Shown here in pieces: positions 49,916 to 64,000 of a stretch of DNA of 64,000 nucleotides (within the stretch, counting starts at the first letter, position 1; the number at the start of each line of letters is the position of its first letter). The notes below the pieces were generated by a model, which was given only the letters and a program-made list of their open reading frames with translations, searched no databases and was not told the DNA's origin. Location of the stretch: assembly GCF_009914755.1 (NCBI RefSeq), contig NC_060925.1. The stretch is one strand, 5' to 3'. The position numbers were made by a program, and so were the translations under genes. This DNA comes from the human T2T-CHM13v2.0 reference genome, Homo sapiens.

Positions 49916-50572
49916 CTCCCCAGGTGACTCAATCAGTTGCATCAAGACTAGGGAAACATAAGTTTGAGCAAGATTAGTCTGAACACTATTAGTTTTTTTA
50001 ATGTGATTTTTATTTTGTGGGGACAGTTGATTTTTAGGCTAGGTTAGTCTTAAAATAAATAAGCTTGTAGCACATCAATGGTAAAGTAAGAAAATGGGAG
50101 CATTCTCACTTTGAATGGACGGAGGAAACAAATGCAAGCATGCACACCATAGTGCCTTGACCTCACTTTCCCCTATAGCCCCACTCATTTTTGTTAAAGA
50201 TTCGAGCATTTCTTGTAAGATTAAAAAAAAAAAAAAAACTCTTACCTTAGTTACCTTGGTTGTGTATGAATTTTGGTGTGTGTAAGAATTCACAGGCCCC
50301 GCCGAAGAGTCTGAATTCAGTAGGTCTAACATGGTACACTTTACCAGGCACCCAATGATTCTGATGCAATGGTTTGTGGATCACACTTTGAAAAACTCTG
50401 CCTAAGAGACCTCCTGACTAGATTTAAGAAAATTACCATTACCAATTTCAAGTCTACTTGATATACAGTTTGGAAGAAACAATTCATTCTGAAAATTCTT
50501 ACATTCTGGAAAAATACATTACCATTAGTGCAAATCTGACACTAACAATAGCATGATTAGGAAAAAAATTAC

Positions 50573-50722
50573 CTTAGCTTGGATTTCCATTTTTAGAATT
50601 GATCCAATGATTGTCAATATGTCACTAATAATAATCATAATGTACCATCCATTGACAAATTCCATTTGATCAGAAACAGAAACTTCCTTCTTATAATGGA
50701 GGAGGAAAAAATTGACAAACTC
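50573..50722 (-). CDS. MCOLN3: MCOLN3 coding exon (exon 9), S3 helix
   Basis: Encodes EFVNFFLLHYKKEVSVSDQMEFVNGWYIMIIISDILTIIGSILKMEIQAK. Junctions ctaaag|GAG and AAG|gtaatt, 150 bp. Confidence 0.96.
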
Positions 50723-50805
50723 CTTTAGGGAAAAGAGGGGAGGCACAGTGAATGTCTCTGTCAATCAAAATGTCAGTAGCATTCCTAGAAAGCAACGTTC
50801 CCTAC

Positions 50806-50918
50806 CTGCTGAAGCTGAAGTCCTCTAATCACAGATCTAATGCAGAGGATTAATGAAACCAAGCAAGTCAGAATGACAAAGGCATCAAAGATCATCATGT
50901 AATGAGTGTTCTTCTGAA
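50806..50918 (-). CDS. MCOLN3: MCOLN3 coding exon (exon 8), H283 and S2 helix
   Basis: Encodes (I)QKNTHYMMIFDAFVILTCLVSLILCIRSVIRGLQLQQ. Junctions ttcag|TT and CAG|gtaggg, 113 bp. Confidence 0.96.
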
Positions 50919-51108
50919 CTGAAAGCAAAGAGGATTACATAGTGCTTATGTAGTGGGACATTAATATGGTGACATCTTCTTTTTAGAATCATTTAAATAA
51001 TTCAAGCATTCTTTCTGGTAAGACAACAAAGAAGCCCTGATAAACGGTCTTCCAATTAGTATTTGAAGAAGGGCAAAAGTCTTTCTTTTAAAAAATCACC
51101 ACAACTGA

Positions 51109-51778
<670 letters not shown>

Positions 51779-53739
51779 TAGGATACAGTGGTGAACAAGA
51801 TAGACAAGGCCCTTGATCTGTGGAACTTCTATTCTACTACAAAGAAGTAAACAAACACATAACAAAATACTTTCAGATAGGAGTAAGTAATAGAAAGAAG
51901 ATAAATCACAATAGCTAACATGTATTGAGCACATTTCTTGCCAAACATAGCTCTAAACACTTTATATGTGTTAACCTATTTGATCTTCACAGCAACTCCA
52001 ATGAGGTAAGCATGATTATCCCCACTTTGCAGGCGAGAAACCTGAAGCACAGAGAGGTCACATGATTTCCCCACAGTTGCAGGGCTAGTCAGTGAAAGAG
52101 CTGGGGGAAAATCTGTGCAGTTTGTTTCCAGTGTCCATCACTCTATGTCAGTGGTTCTTGGCATTTTTTGGGAGCTTGTTAGAGATGCACATTCTCAGGT
52201 CCTACTCCAGACCCACTGAATCAGAAACTGGGTTTCTGCAAGCCCTCCAGGTGATGCTAAAGTTTGAGACCTACTGCTCTATATGAGGGAGGTTAGTGTC
52301 GGGCAATGTGGAAGCAGAGAGGTTGATTTATATTGCATAGTAAAGGAAGGCCTCACTGAGGGAGCAGGGGGTTTTAGCTGAAACCTGAGTGATAAGAAAG
52401 AGCCACCCTTATGGAGATTTTGGAGAATCGAAAGTGCGAAGTCCTGGCCACCATGCGTGGAGCCAATGGAGAGAGGTGGGCAGAGGTGTCAGCCATTGTA
52501 CACTGCCACAGAGCTTGTCTCTATTTAACAAGTTAGACTGCTCTCTGCTGACAAAAAAAAGAAAGTACTTAAAACTAGCTCTGTGATGAAGCATCCCATT
52601 AGTATCTGCCAAGGAGCATAATTACTACATAAATGTCTAAATTGACTTTAGAGAAACTTACAAATTAAGAAACAAACATTTGAGAGAATGCCTAGGTGCC
52701 AGACACTTGTGTATGCTCTCATTTTCCTCATTCTGGTGTTTGTGGAGAATGATTATAAAGTATACAGATGACAAAACAGGCTTATGTTTCAAATGTGACT
52801 CAAGAGCCTCATATATTTGAAGTTACCTATTAGTGAAAAAAATACTATCATGGCAAAATTTCATTTTATTTACTCTATCTCATTATTACGTCTGAACTTG
52901 GCAAATCAATTAGTAAGAAACTTTAGAACTGTGATTATCCAAGTATAGTCTGAGTAAGGACTATTTACACATTTCTAGGCCCCACCCGAGACCTACTGGC
53001 TTGCATAGAGCTGGGGAAACTGCATCATAGCAGGTACCCAGGATGATTCTTCTGCTGATTAGAATCTGAGAACTCCTCATCTAGCGACCATTAAGTCCAG
53101 TACGATGTACCATTATGTCACTTATGAGAGACTAGAAAATTAGATAAATTCTTTCCAGGCAATTCTCTCCAGTTCAGCTCCAAAATTCTTGACAGTATTT
53201 GGTCTACACCTGAATTTTTGTCCATATTTCTAAGAGTAGATCCTTTCCTCTTTCAGTACACTTTTAAATGGACTGAAGACAATCATAATATGTGGGATGC
53301 TGCAGGGTCACATCCTACCTGACTTGCCCCTGGCTTCTGAGCCTTAGTTTCTTCATCTGTAAAAATAAGGATTCTCCCTATCTTAAGGGCATTTAAAAAT
53401 ATTAAAATGAACAAAACTAAGGTGGAAGTAGGTACACAGCATGCACTCGGTAAGTGTTGGTCTGGGAAGATGTATGTAGGGTTTTGGTGGCGGGGGACTG
53501 TGAGTACATTCTTGGTCAGGAGTGGGCAAGTGAGGGCACAAGGAGAGGAAGGCCATTTCAGTTATTCATGACTCACATATTGCCTGAAACATCAGAGTTG
53601 ATCTACTTGTAGAGGTTTAGGGACTTGAAAATGGTCTAATCTTCTATTTGTTGTTCTAGATATCCAGAGGGTGCTATTTTAATAACCATTTTACATTATT
53701 TAATAACCATTCTGAAAACTAGTAATGCGCATCACTTAC

Positions 53740-53839
53740 TTGATCCAGATACATGCCAGTCTTTACATTCTCTGATGGAAATGTCATTATCTAAACTTAT
53801 TTTAATTCTTCCACTATGGGCCTTGTTGTCAAATGTTAT
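53740..53839 (-). CDS. MCOLN3: MCOLN3 coding exon (exon 7)
   Basis: Encodes ITFDNKAHSGRIKISLDNDISIRECKDWHVSGS. Junctions cacag|ATA and A|gtaagt, 100 bp. Absent from the ORF track and read manually. Confidence 0.96.
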
Positions 53840-54959
53840 CTGTGAAGACAGGAAAACAGTCAAAAACATACTTATAGTTTTGGAGCCAAGAAACCTCTAC
53901 ACATTAATTAGGAAACAATTCTTTCAAGGGGACAGGAGACCCAGATTCTCAACTCTGATCTGTTGCTAATTCTGTTCAACCATGGGAAGTTCTCTTCATT
54001 TCTCTGTGAAATGAGAACGATGAACTAGATCTTCTACAGAGACCCTGTAGTCTCTAAAACATTATATGTCTAGGGCAGCATTTCCACTCCAAAGAACTTA
54101 TATAACAAGAGCACTTCCTCTTGCTCTCTGTTCTAAGTACCTCCAGATACCTTCTTCATGTGAGCAAGAACTGGTACAACTGTGCTTTCTCCCAAATTCC
54201 GGCAGGACCTCAGTTAGGGGTAGATTTTTAGTGCTGCTATAATTCTTACTAATACAAAGGCTCATTATTTCTGCTTTGAGACATTTCAAGTGGAGCTTTT
54301 TTGATTTTTATTCTGGGCCTAGATTTCTTAGTCACGTTGGCACTACATGTATTATAAAGGGTTTGGTGACAGGGAGTCAACAGTCACATCTTGCTTCAAG
54401 AATAACCACTTCAGGACACCAGGGGCCAAGCAGGACAAAGCTAGGCCAGAACACCTTCCATAGTTTTCCTACTGTCTTCCTTATGCAAGGACAGGGAAGG
54501 CAAGGCAAGAAAATCAATCCGTTTCATTTCTGCCTCTTCTCTTTCTCTCAAGTCCTGAAGAAAAAAAGTTCTTTGAAAACTTTGTCATTTAAATAAATTG
54601 TATTGAAGCTTCTCCATATGGGGTAATCAGAAACACTTCAAATATAAGATTTCAAATGACTTTTAAAAGTTCAACCACTGTATTTCTCCTCATGAGGGAT
54701 TGTAAGCTTCTTTCTTTGACAAGCAACTGAGGGCACAGTCAGTGTCTGCCCATATCCCTAACGGCTGCAAGACCCAGCCTATGGCCTCGTGCAAGGAGGA
54801 CGCTCAGTGTTACTTGATTGAGTCAGAAATCCTTGCTACGGAGAAGCCATGCTTTTCCTACACAAAGGGCCTCCAACTTGTACAAATAATAGGTGCTCAC
54901 TAAATATCTATTGAGTAAAAAACTGGGACTTAATGTCAATCACATCTCAGTAAACTGAA

Positions 54960-56915
<1,956 letters not shown>

Positions 56916-57328
56916 AACATGGAAACATCCATGGTGAAGACACTAAGTAACAAGAACCCTTGGCAGTAACCTTTAGCTGACAGCCAGCCATAGATTGCTG
57001 AGAGCCAACCACACAGAACCTAAAAACACCTATTCCTTTTGGGTTTGAAAATCTATACCAGGCACTGTTCGTGGTACTGGAAATAGTAGTGAACAAAACA
57101 AGGTCCCTGCTTTTCTAGAACTTATACAGAGGTGTAGAAGACATAACTAACAAGTAAACTTGTTATTATAGCAAAATAGAGCTAGATGTATCAATGCTTC
57201 CCTTATGCACATTCAAGTGAAAACATCCTATATTTTTTTATCACACCGTAATCCAAGGATATGAAACATTACCAGATAAAACAATTTTTCTCCAGACTGG
57301 AACCAAATTCAGCCTGGCCCACACTTAC

Positions 57329-57425
57329 AGTCAGAGTAAAGTCATAACAGTCAGGGAGTTCTTGATGACGAACTGTCTGCAGATTAATGGCTTTCAGTTT
57401 AAACTGAAGCTCCACTGTTAGGAGT
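57329..57425 (-). CDS. MCOLN3: MCOLN3 coding exon (exon 6)
   Basis: Encodes LLTVELQFKLKAINLQTVRHQELPDCYDFTLT. Junctions tctag|A and CT|gtaagt, 97 bp. Confidence 0.96.
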
Positions 57426-57504
57426 CTAGAAAACAGAGGTGATTTTAGTTCTGTGGCAATATATACGTGCAAACGTAAGTTACACTCCTGTCTGCTCCCC
57501 TCAC

Positions 57505-57589
57505 CTGTGGAAGTCCAGTGTTAAGTTCAGTTTATTTTCTGCTGGTGTCCCAATGTGAAAAGGTTCATCTGGCTCCACAAAGAAACACT
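57505..57589 (-). CDS. MCOLN3: MCOLN3 coding exon (exon 5)
   Basis: Encodes (E)CFFVEPDEPFHIGTPAENKLNLTLDFH(R). Junctions ggcag|AG and AG|gtgagg, 85 bp. Confidence 0.96.
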
Positions 57590-58730
57590 CTGCCATAGAA
57601 AGGAACAAAAACATGATACAGTACTTAAATAAGACTGCATTTTGAAAGGCTGATACATTTAAGACCAGTTATTCAGATTCTATTATTTTTCAGATTCTAT
57701 TATTTTTCTGAATTAAAATTTTAAAAGCTAAATAAACATTGATACCACATGGTTACCGTGACTCATGTGTTTTTAAGACCTAAGTGGCTACATTTCTGGA
57801 GTGGATGGAGGCTAGACAAAGATCTGAACTCTATTTCATTAATGTTATATAAATGCTGTCTTCGTTTTTAAGCCTAGATAAACTTTGAGTCCCTCCCCCT
57901 TTTTGTATCCTAAGCATAGGATTTGAAGCACTTGCAGTAATTACAGTAATATTTTCTAAGCAGTTTGAGGGATCTATTTTTAAAATATTATGCACTAACA
58001 ATGTTTCTTCAATAGACATCCCACACACACACCAAAAAAGGAAGACAGCATTTTAGAAAGTTTTCCCTTTCAGTACTGTTATCAGTATTATCTCTAGAAA
58101 AAAAAATCCTAGTGGCTGTTGTTAAAAGTATTTCAATACTTATTTTTTAACTCAATGACCTAAGCTAATATTTTAGGCATAATTGCAAATAGAACTTTGC
58201 TAAGAAGAATACGCCATGCTATTCCATGTTCTGATTTTCATTCCTCCCCTTCAATCTACCCCCAAAGATGCATGATAGTGAAGTGGTATTGGGGCAGGAG
58301 AGTTTTATATATACCAAGAGTTTGCAAGCATAATGTTTTACAAACATTATATCTATCTATTAATACTTCACTGGCATATCCTGCACAAGAGATGGTGGAA
58401 TACGATAGCTAAGAACACAAACAGCCTGAGCCCAATTTCAGCACTGCCTCTTCTAGCTCCATCTTTGGCAGATCATTTAACTCTCTGAGCCATAATTTAG
58501 TCTTCTATAAAAGGGGATAATAATAATCCTTGACTTGCTGGGTTTCCTTGAGGATTCTTGAGTTATAGTAAAGGGCTCAGAACAGTACCTGACACATAAT
58601 AACTCGTATATCATTCTTACTATGTCCTAATATCACAGACCAAATCAATGTTTTCAAAGATGAAATTACTAATTTTAAATATAAATTGAGGTGTTAAAAA
58701 TTGAGGTTCTAGGTTATAGAAGAACATCAC

Positions 58731-58884
58731 CAGTTTCAATTTCTGGATCGATGTCAAAGGTATCATTTCCAGGGTAGATGTTTCCTCGCTTGTAGAAGTG
58801 CTGACAGATTGCCATAGCAGATTGCTTGGTACCTTTGTTCTCATAAGCATGATTCCCAACGGAGACATTGTATAGCTGCAAGTA
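58731..58884 (-). CDS. MCOLN3: MCOLN3 coding exon (exon 4), luminal polycystin-mucolipin domain
   Basis: Encodes YLQLYNVSVGNHAYENKGTKQSAMAICQHFYKRGNIYPGNDTFDIDPEIET. Acceptor ttgaag|TAC, donor G|gtgatg, 154 bp. Confidence 0.96.
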
Positions 58885-59679
58885 CTTCAACCAAAATGAG
58901 AAACAGAAAATGGGAATGCCAGCCAGGGCAGGAGTGAAGCCATAACTCCCCTCCCTCCCCACCTCTGATCCTGGCAGGTTCCCTTGGGATAGAGACATTC
59001 ACTTTGATAAACAGGGTAAGTGACTTGCTGCTGTGCACTAGGAAGGCAAAGGGCACTCACAAATTAGAGTTCTAGATTCAAGCCTCATTTCTGTGACAAA
59101 CTTTCTGACCTTCTAGTTCCTGATCTGTAAAATTAAAGTCTGAAGCCACATACTCTTTGCATTTCTTTCCTCCCTTAAAGAATTATGTTTAATTCAGGTG
59201 ATATTCAATGTAAATACATATTTATCTTTAAACTATCTCCTGTAAGGTCAGAGTTCTACTTTAACACTGTAGTATAAGAAGTGGGATACAATTATTATAG
59301 GCTAGCCAGCAAAACCTTTTTTAAAGAAAGTATTGGTTTAACCTTTATCTTTGCAAGATTATAATTTAATCACCTTTATACCAATATTGCCTATCCTAGT
59401 GGGTCCTCTACATTTAAAAAAATTACTTTTACAAGTAAGAATCTTACGGTGCCTTGGAATAACTGTCATCTTAAATTCTTAATGGATGTCTGCAGACATG
59501 TTTCCAAAACAAAGTGTTTTTGGAGCAATATGTCTGGTACAGTTGGTCATTCTGTCACTCTTGAAATGAACAACTTTGTGTGATCGACACATAGAAAATA
59601 ATTCTGCTAAAAGATATGAGTGAAGCATGCTATGACAAATGAATAAAATAATTTCTAATATGGGATGGATTTTGAGTTG

Positions 59680-61650
59680 GACCTTGTCAAGGTCACTAAT
59701 GAGCAGTGTATTACCAAATCTGATGCCTAGTTCTCAGTCCTCCTATAACTTGACATCTCCATGGTATTTGATGCAGTTGAATGCTCCTCCTACACGGAAT
59801 ACTTTCTTTACTTGACTTCTGGGACACTGATTGTTTCTTCTTGGTCTCCTTTGCTGAAATCCTCCCACTGCCAACCTCTATATTTTGGCCTATCTTTGGG
59901 TTCAGGCCTTGACCTCTATCCACATTCTCTCCACAGCTGACTTCAACCAGTCCCATATTTCAAATACCACCTCTATGCTGACAGCTTCCAAATTTGCATC
60001 TCCAGCTCTGACCTTTCCACTGAATACCACACATGGATGACAATCTGCCTACATGATGCCTATGGTGTCTAAGAGGAATCTCTAGTAAATGGGCAAACAG
60101 AAACACCTGCTTCTTCCATAGTAATTCCCTTCTCAATAAATTATTCTGTAAGTCAGTCAGTTGTTCAGGCCAAAACTTAGGAAAGATCCTTTTGTCAATT
60201 CCTCTTATACTCCACTTCCAGTCCATCTGAAAGTCATGCATGACTTTCAAATTATCTCTGCAAAAGAATCACTTAAAAATCTGAGCCTCTTCACCACAAA
60301 TAGGACTGTCTCTCATCACCTTCACTGATATGGCCTCAGTCCAAACCACCATCCTCTCTCCCCTAAAAAATTAAGCCTCTGCCTCTCCAATCCTCCCTCT
60401 CACCTTAGTCTAGTCTCCATCTAGAACTCATAGGATTGCTATAAAGAGTGAATGAATTCATGCATGTACAGCTCTTAGAACAGTGATATCCAAAATACAC
60501 CTGCTCAAGACTCTTGTTTTTACTGTTCTTCCTATCTGGAAGGTTCTTCCTTGAGATAGACACAGGCTGCATGCTCTCTCTTTAGTCTGCTGTCTGCTTA
60601 CATGTCACCTTGTCAGAGAGACCTTCTCCAACCACCTCCAGCTATTCACTTTGCTGGCTTTGTTTTGTATTTCACAGTACTTATAACAAACTGACAGATG
60701 ATGCTCTTCTATACTTATTTACTACCTGGCTCTTCCAATGAGAATATGACCTCCTTGACTTTATTTGTTCACTGCAGTACCCTTGCACACACAAAAAGTG
60801 CCTGATACATAATAGATACTATTTTTGTTTGTTTTTGTTTTTGAGAGGGAGTCTCGCTCTGTCACCCAGGCTGGAGTGCAGTGGCATGATCTCGGCTCAC
60901 TGCAACCTCTGCCTCCTGGGTTCAAGCAATTCTCCTGCCTCAGCCTCCTGAGTAGCTGGGAGTACAGGCTCATGCTACCACACCCGGCTAATTTTTTTGT
61001 AGAAGTAGAGACAGGGTTTCACCATGTTAGCCAGGAAGTTCTCGATCTCCTGACCTCGTGATCTGCCCACCTCAACCTCCCAAAGTGCTGGGATTACAGG
61101 CATGAGCCACCGTACCCAACCAATAGATACTATTTAATAAATATTTGAGTGAATACATGTTAGATTTTGCTTATGTATATTATCATTGTCTCTCCCCTAT
61201 CAAAAGCCCTTCCATGGCTTCCTGTCTCTCTCAGAATAACATTCAAGGCTCCTTTCCATGTCCTGAGAGACCTGGCCCCCAGCTCCTCTGGCCCTAACTC
61301 TGCCCCCTCATACTTGCCTCCCTCGCATTTTCTCAAACATACCAAACGCTTTCCAGCTTCAGGGCCTTCTGTTGCCACGCCTTCAGCTTGAAATATTCTC
61401 CCCAAGATTTCAAGTCTTCAGAAAGGCATTTTCTGACCACTCCGAGACTACTGTTATTGCCTTATGCTAGTTTATTTTTCTTCATAGCACTTATCATTAC
61501 CCTAAACCAAAAGATTTTAGTTAAACTTGTTTAAAATCTATCTCCCCCATTAGAATGCAAGTTCCACAGGACAGGGAATTTATCAATTCACTGCTCTAAC
61601 ACCAGCCCTGCAGGCACACAGTAGGTGCTCAAATATTTGTCAGATTAATG
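59680..61650 (+). mobile_element. L2 fragments with AluS 60822-61121 (-)
   Basis: L2 motifs (ccttgtcaaggtcactaatg; acagtaggtgctcaaatatttg) and Alu TSD aatagatactattt. Confidence 0.72.
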
Positions 61651-63244
61651 GTGAGGTGAAAAATTATAATAATGCGATGGAGCTCTTCATTACTAGAGCT
61701 AATCTGTGCACAGTGAGTTGGTAAACTGTTAGGATAAGATAGGTGATTATGGCACCAAGCTTTCTGTTAGCATTAGGATTGGGAAAGTGAGCCAGAAATC
61801 TATGGTAACAGAAGCAAGCTTCCTAAGCTAGTAAACAACATTATGCTTGGCATATAGGGATAAAGTAGAATAATGCTGGAGATACTCAGTTTTGAGATTT
61901 TTGTTTTCCATTTAAGGTACCCAGTAGACCAGTGTGCCTAGAACATATGATGTGTAATGGGAGGTAAACTGGGAAAGGCAAGCAGGGGTCACGACGCACA
62001 GTCATAGCTGTGATGGGGCCTACAACTCTCCCAGAGTCCAGGTGTAATTGTGGGGCAGTCCCCACAAGAATCACCTAAAGGTCTGAACCTCCTGACCACA
62101 GAATCTTGTGTCTTAAACCTTTTAAGTTCTTGAACTGTGAAAGATCTGAGACCCACGGCTGCAGGTACCTGTTCACATTATACCTACATACACCACATAG
62201 TTACGTTATATAATATATACATTAACTATATACGCTATAGCCAGACTTCCTTGAGCTCTTCATATGGCTCTTTGTGCAGGTCTGAGCATCTGGCAAGAAC
62301 TGGGTAATCTAGGGAAGCAGCAGGGCTGTGTCCAGCTAGAGGGCAGCTCTAGAGCCCAAGACAGAGGGTTACGGGACAGAAATGTGGTATGAGATGATGG
62401 TTGGAACTAACTGGTGGAACTAACAATGGTGAGACGGCACAGAGCAGCCAAGTGGCTGAGGCCTTGGAGGAGCTTTAATTAGTCTGGGCATCCGTCCCTC
62501 CTGGTCTCTGCAGCTCTGCCTTGAGAGAAGGAGTTTTCAGTCAGATTCATGGGTCCCAGGTCAGCCTTTGAGTGGTAATATAAAAACACATTAAATGTCC
62601 TTAGCTAAATGCTGTGGCACCAAAAGCAAGAGGTGGTAGGGCAGGGTGGGTAGGAAAGAAAGGAAGCCATCCAGAAACAGGAATTTATAAACTATGTTTG
62701 AGCTGCAAGAATAAATGATTCCCGGAAGACCCTGAGGCCTTTCAACCTAAGCCAGAAGACCAGAAGGAAGAAACAGCCTAGGGAGTGGGTGGGAGGAGAA
62801 TATGAAGCTGCTCTTGGATGGGCAGTTCTGAGGTGCTTGTGAGGTAGGTGTCTGGCAGTGTGGGCAACTGCTTAGGAGTCCCTTCATCATACTGATGGCT
62901 GAGGCTGGGTAGTGGAGGACATTTCTGTAGGAAAACGACCAAGCTTTGAGGACTGCTCAAATTTAAGAGGCAGATGAAAGAAAAGGAGCCAATAAAGCTG
63001 ACCCAAAAATTATTAAAGAAATAAGAGGAAAGCCAGGAGACAGCCTAAAAAGAAAATAAGGTCTCTCACATTCAAATATAGAAACATATATAATAAACAG
63101 TAGTGCTGTTATAATCACAGTATTGGATCAGAATGAGCCCTGGAGATTATCCAGTAGGATGACATCTTGGGGCTAAACCCTTGGGGATAACTAATAGTCA
63201 TGGATATGCTTCTAAGAACTGAGATGCCACTGCCCTATTTGTCA

Positions 63245-63660
<416 letters not shown>

Positions 63661-63859
63661 TTAACTCACATTTTTTCTATTCATTTCTCAGAAGCCTGAA
63701 AGAGAACTGACCTCATTAGACCTCATTAACACTCAAAACCCTACTTATTCATAAAAATTTTGATCAAGACACTTTTTATCTTCAGCTAAAAGTACCTACT
63801 GGTGCTTAGAAAAACAGTAAATCATCTTAGAAAACAGTAGGGAATCAACAGTAGGGAGT

Positions 63860-64000
63860 CATACATGGAATGTATGTGTCCCTCCAAAGTTCTTATGGTG
63901 GAAATTAAACCCCAATATGATAGTCTTAAGAGGTGGAGTCTTTAGGAGGTCAACAATCATGAATAGGACTACTGGCCTTATAAAAGGCTGGGAGAAATTA
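63860..64000 (+). mobile_element. Start of an MLT1A/MST-type LTR
   Basis: gaatgtatgtgtccctccaaagttcttatggtggaaattaaaccccaatatgatagtcttaagaggtgg. Confidence 0.65.

Overview
This is human (primate) genomic DNA from the tandem mucolipin locus (MCOLN2/MCOLN3, 1p22.3 from recall). Both genes are on the minus strand. MCOLN3 (TRPML3) contributes ten coding exons at 43757-58884, residues Y133-K553 plus stop. All junctions are GT-AG with consistent phases. The 3'UTR and a likely ATTAAA poly(A) signal near 42735 are present; exons 1-3 lie beyond the right edge. MCOLN2 (TRPML2) has its CpG-island promoter at about 21.1-23.2 kb and its first coding exon at 21427-21503; everything to the left is MCOLN2 intron 1. 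Most of the rest is nested transposable-element debris: an L1MA, two L1PB copies (one near full length, carrying a complete THE1A provirus), a full-length Tigger1 containing MADE1 and an AluYb-lineage element, an MLT2A LTR, MLT1, L2, MER elements and about 30 Alus. Most ORFs in the track are Alu, L1, Tigger, microsatellite or CpG-island artefacts. I found no new protein-coding system. The best leads are five: (1) a 44-bp templated copy of a local MLT1A LTR patched into the L1PB 5'UTR; (2) a gene-sense MLT2A LTR with DUX4-like motifs and a splice donor in MCOLN2 intron 1; (3) a distal poly(A) signal that would put inverted Alus in the MCOLN3 3'UTR; (4) a uORF in the MCOLN2 leader; (5) several atypical retrotransposition scars. 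Repeat subfamily calls come from recalled consensus motifs, not from RepeatMasker.
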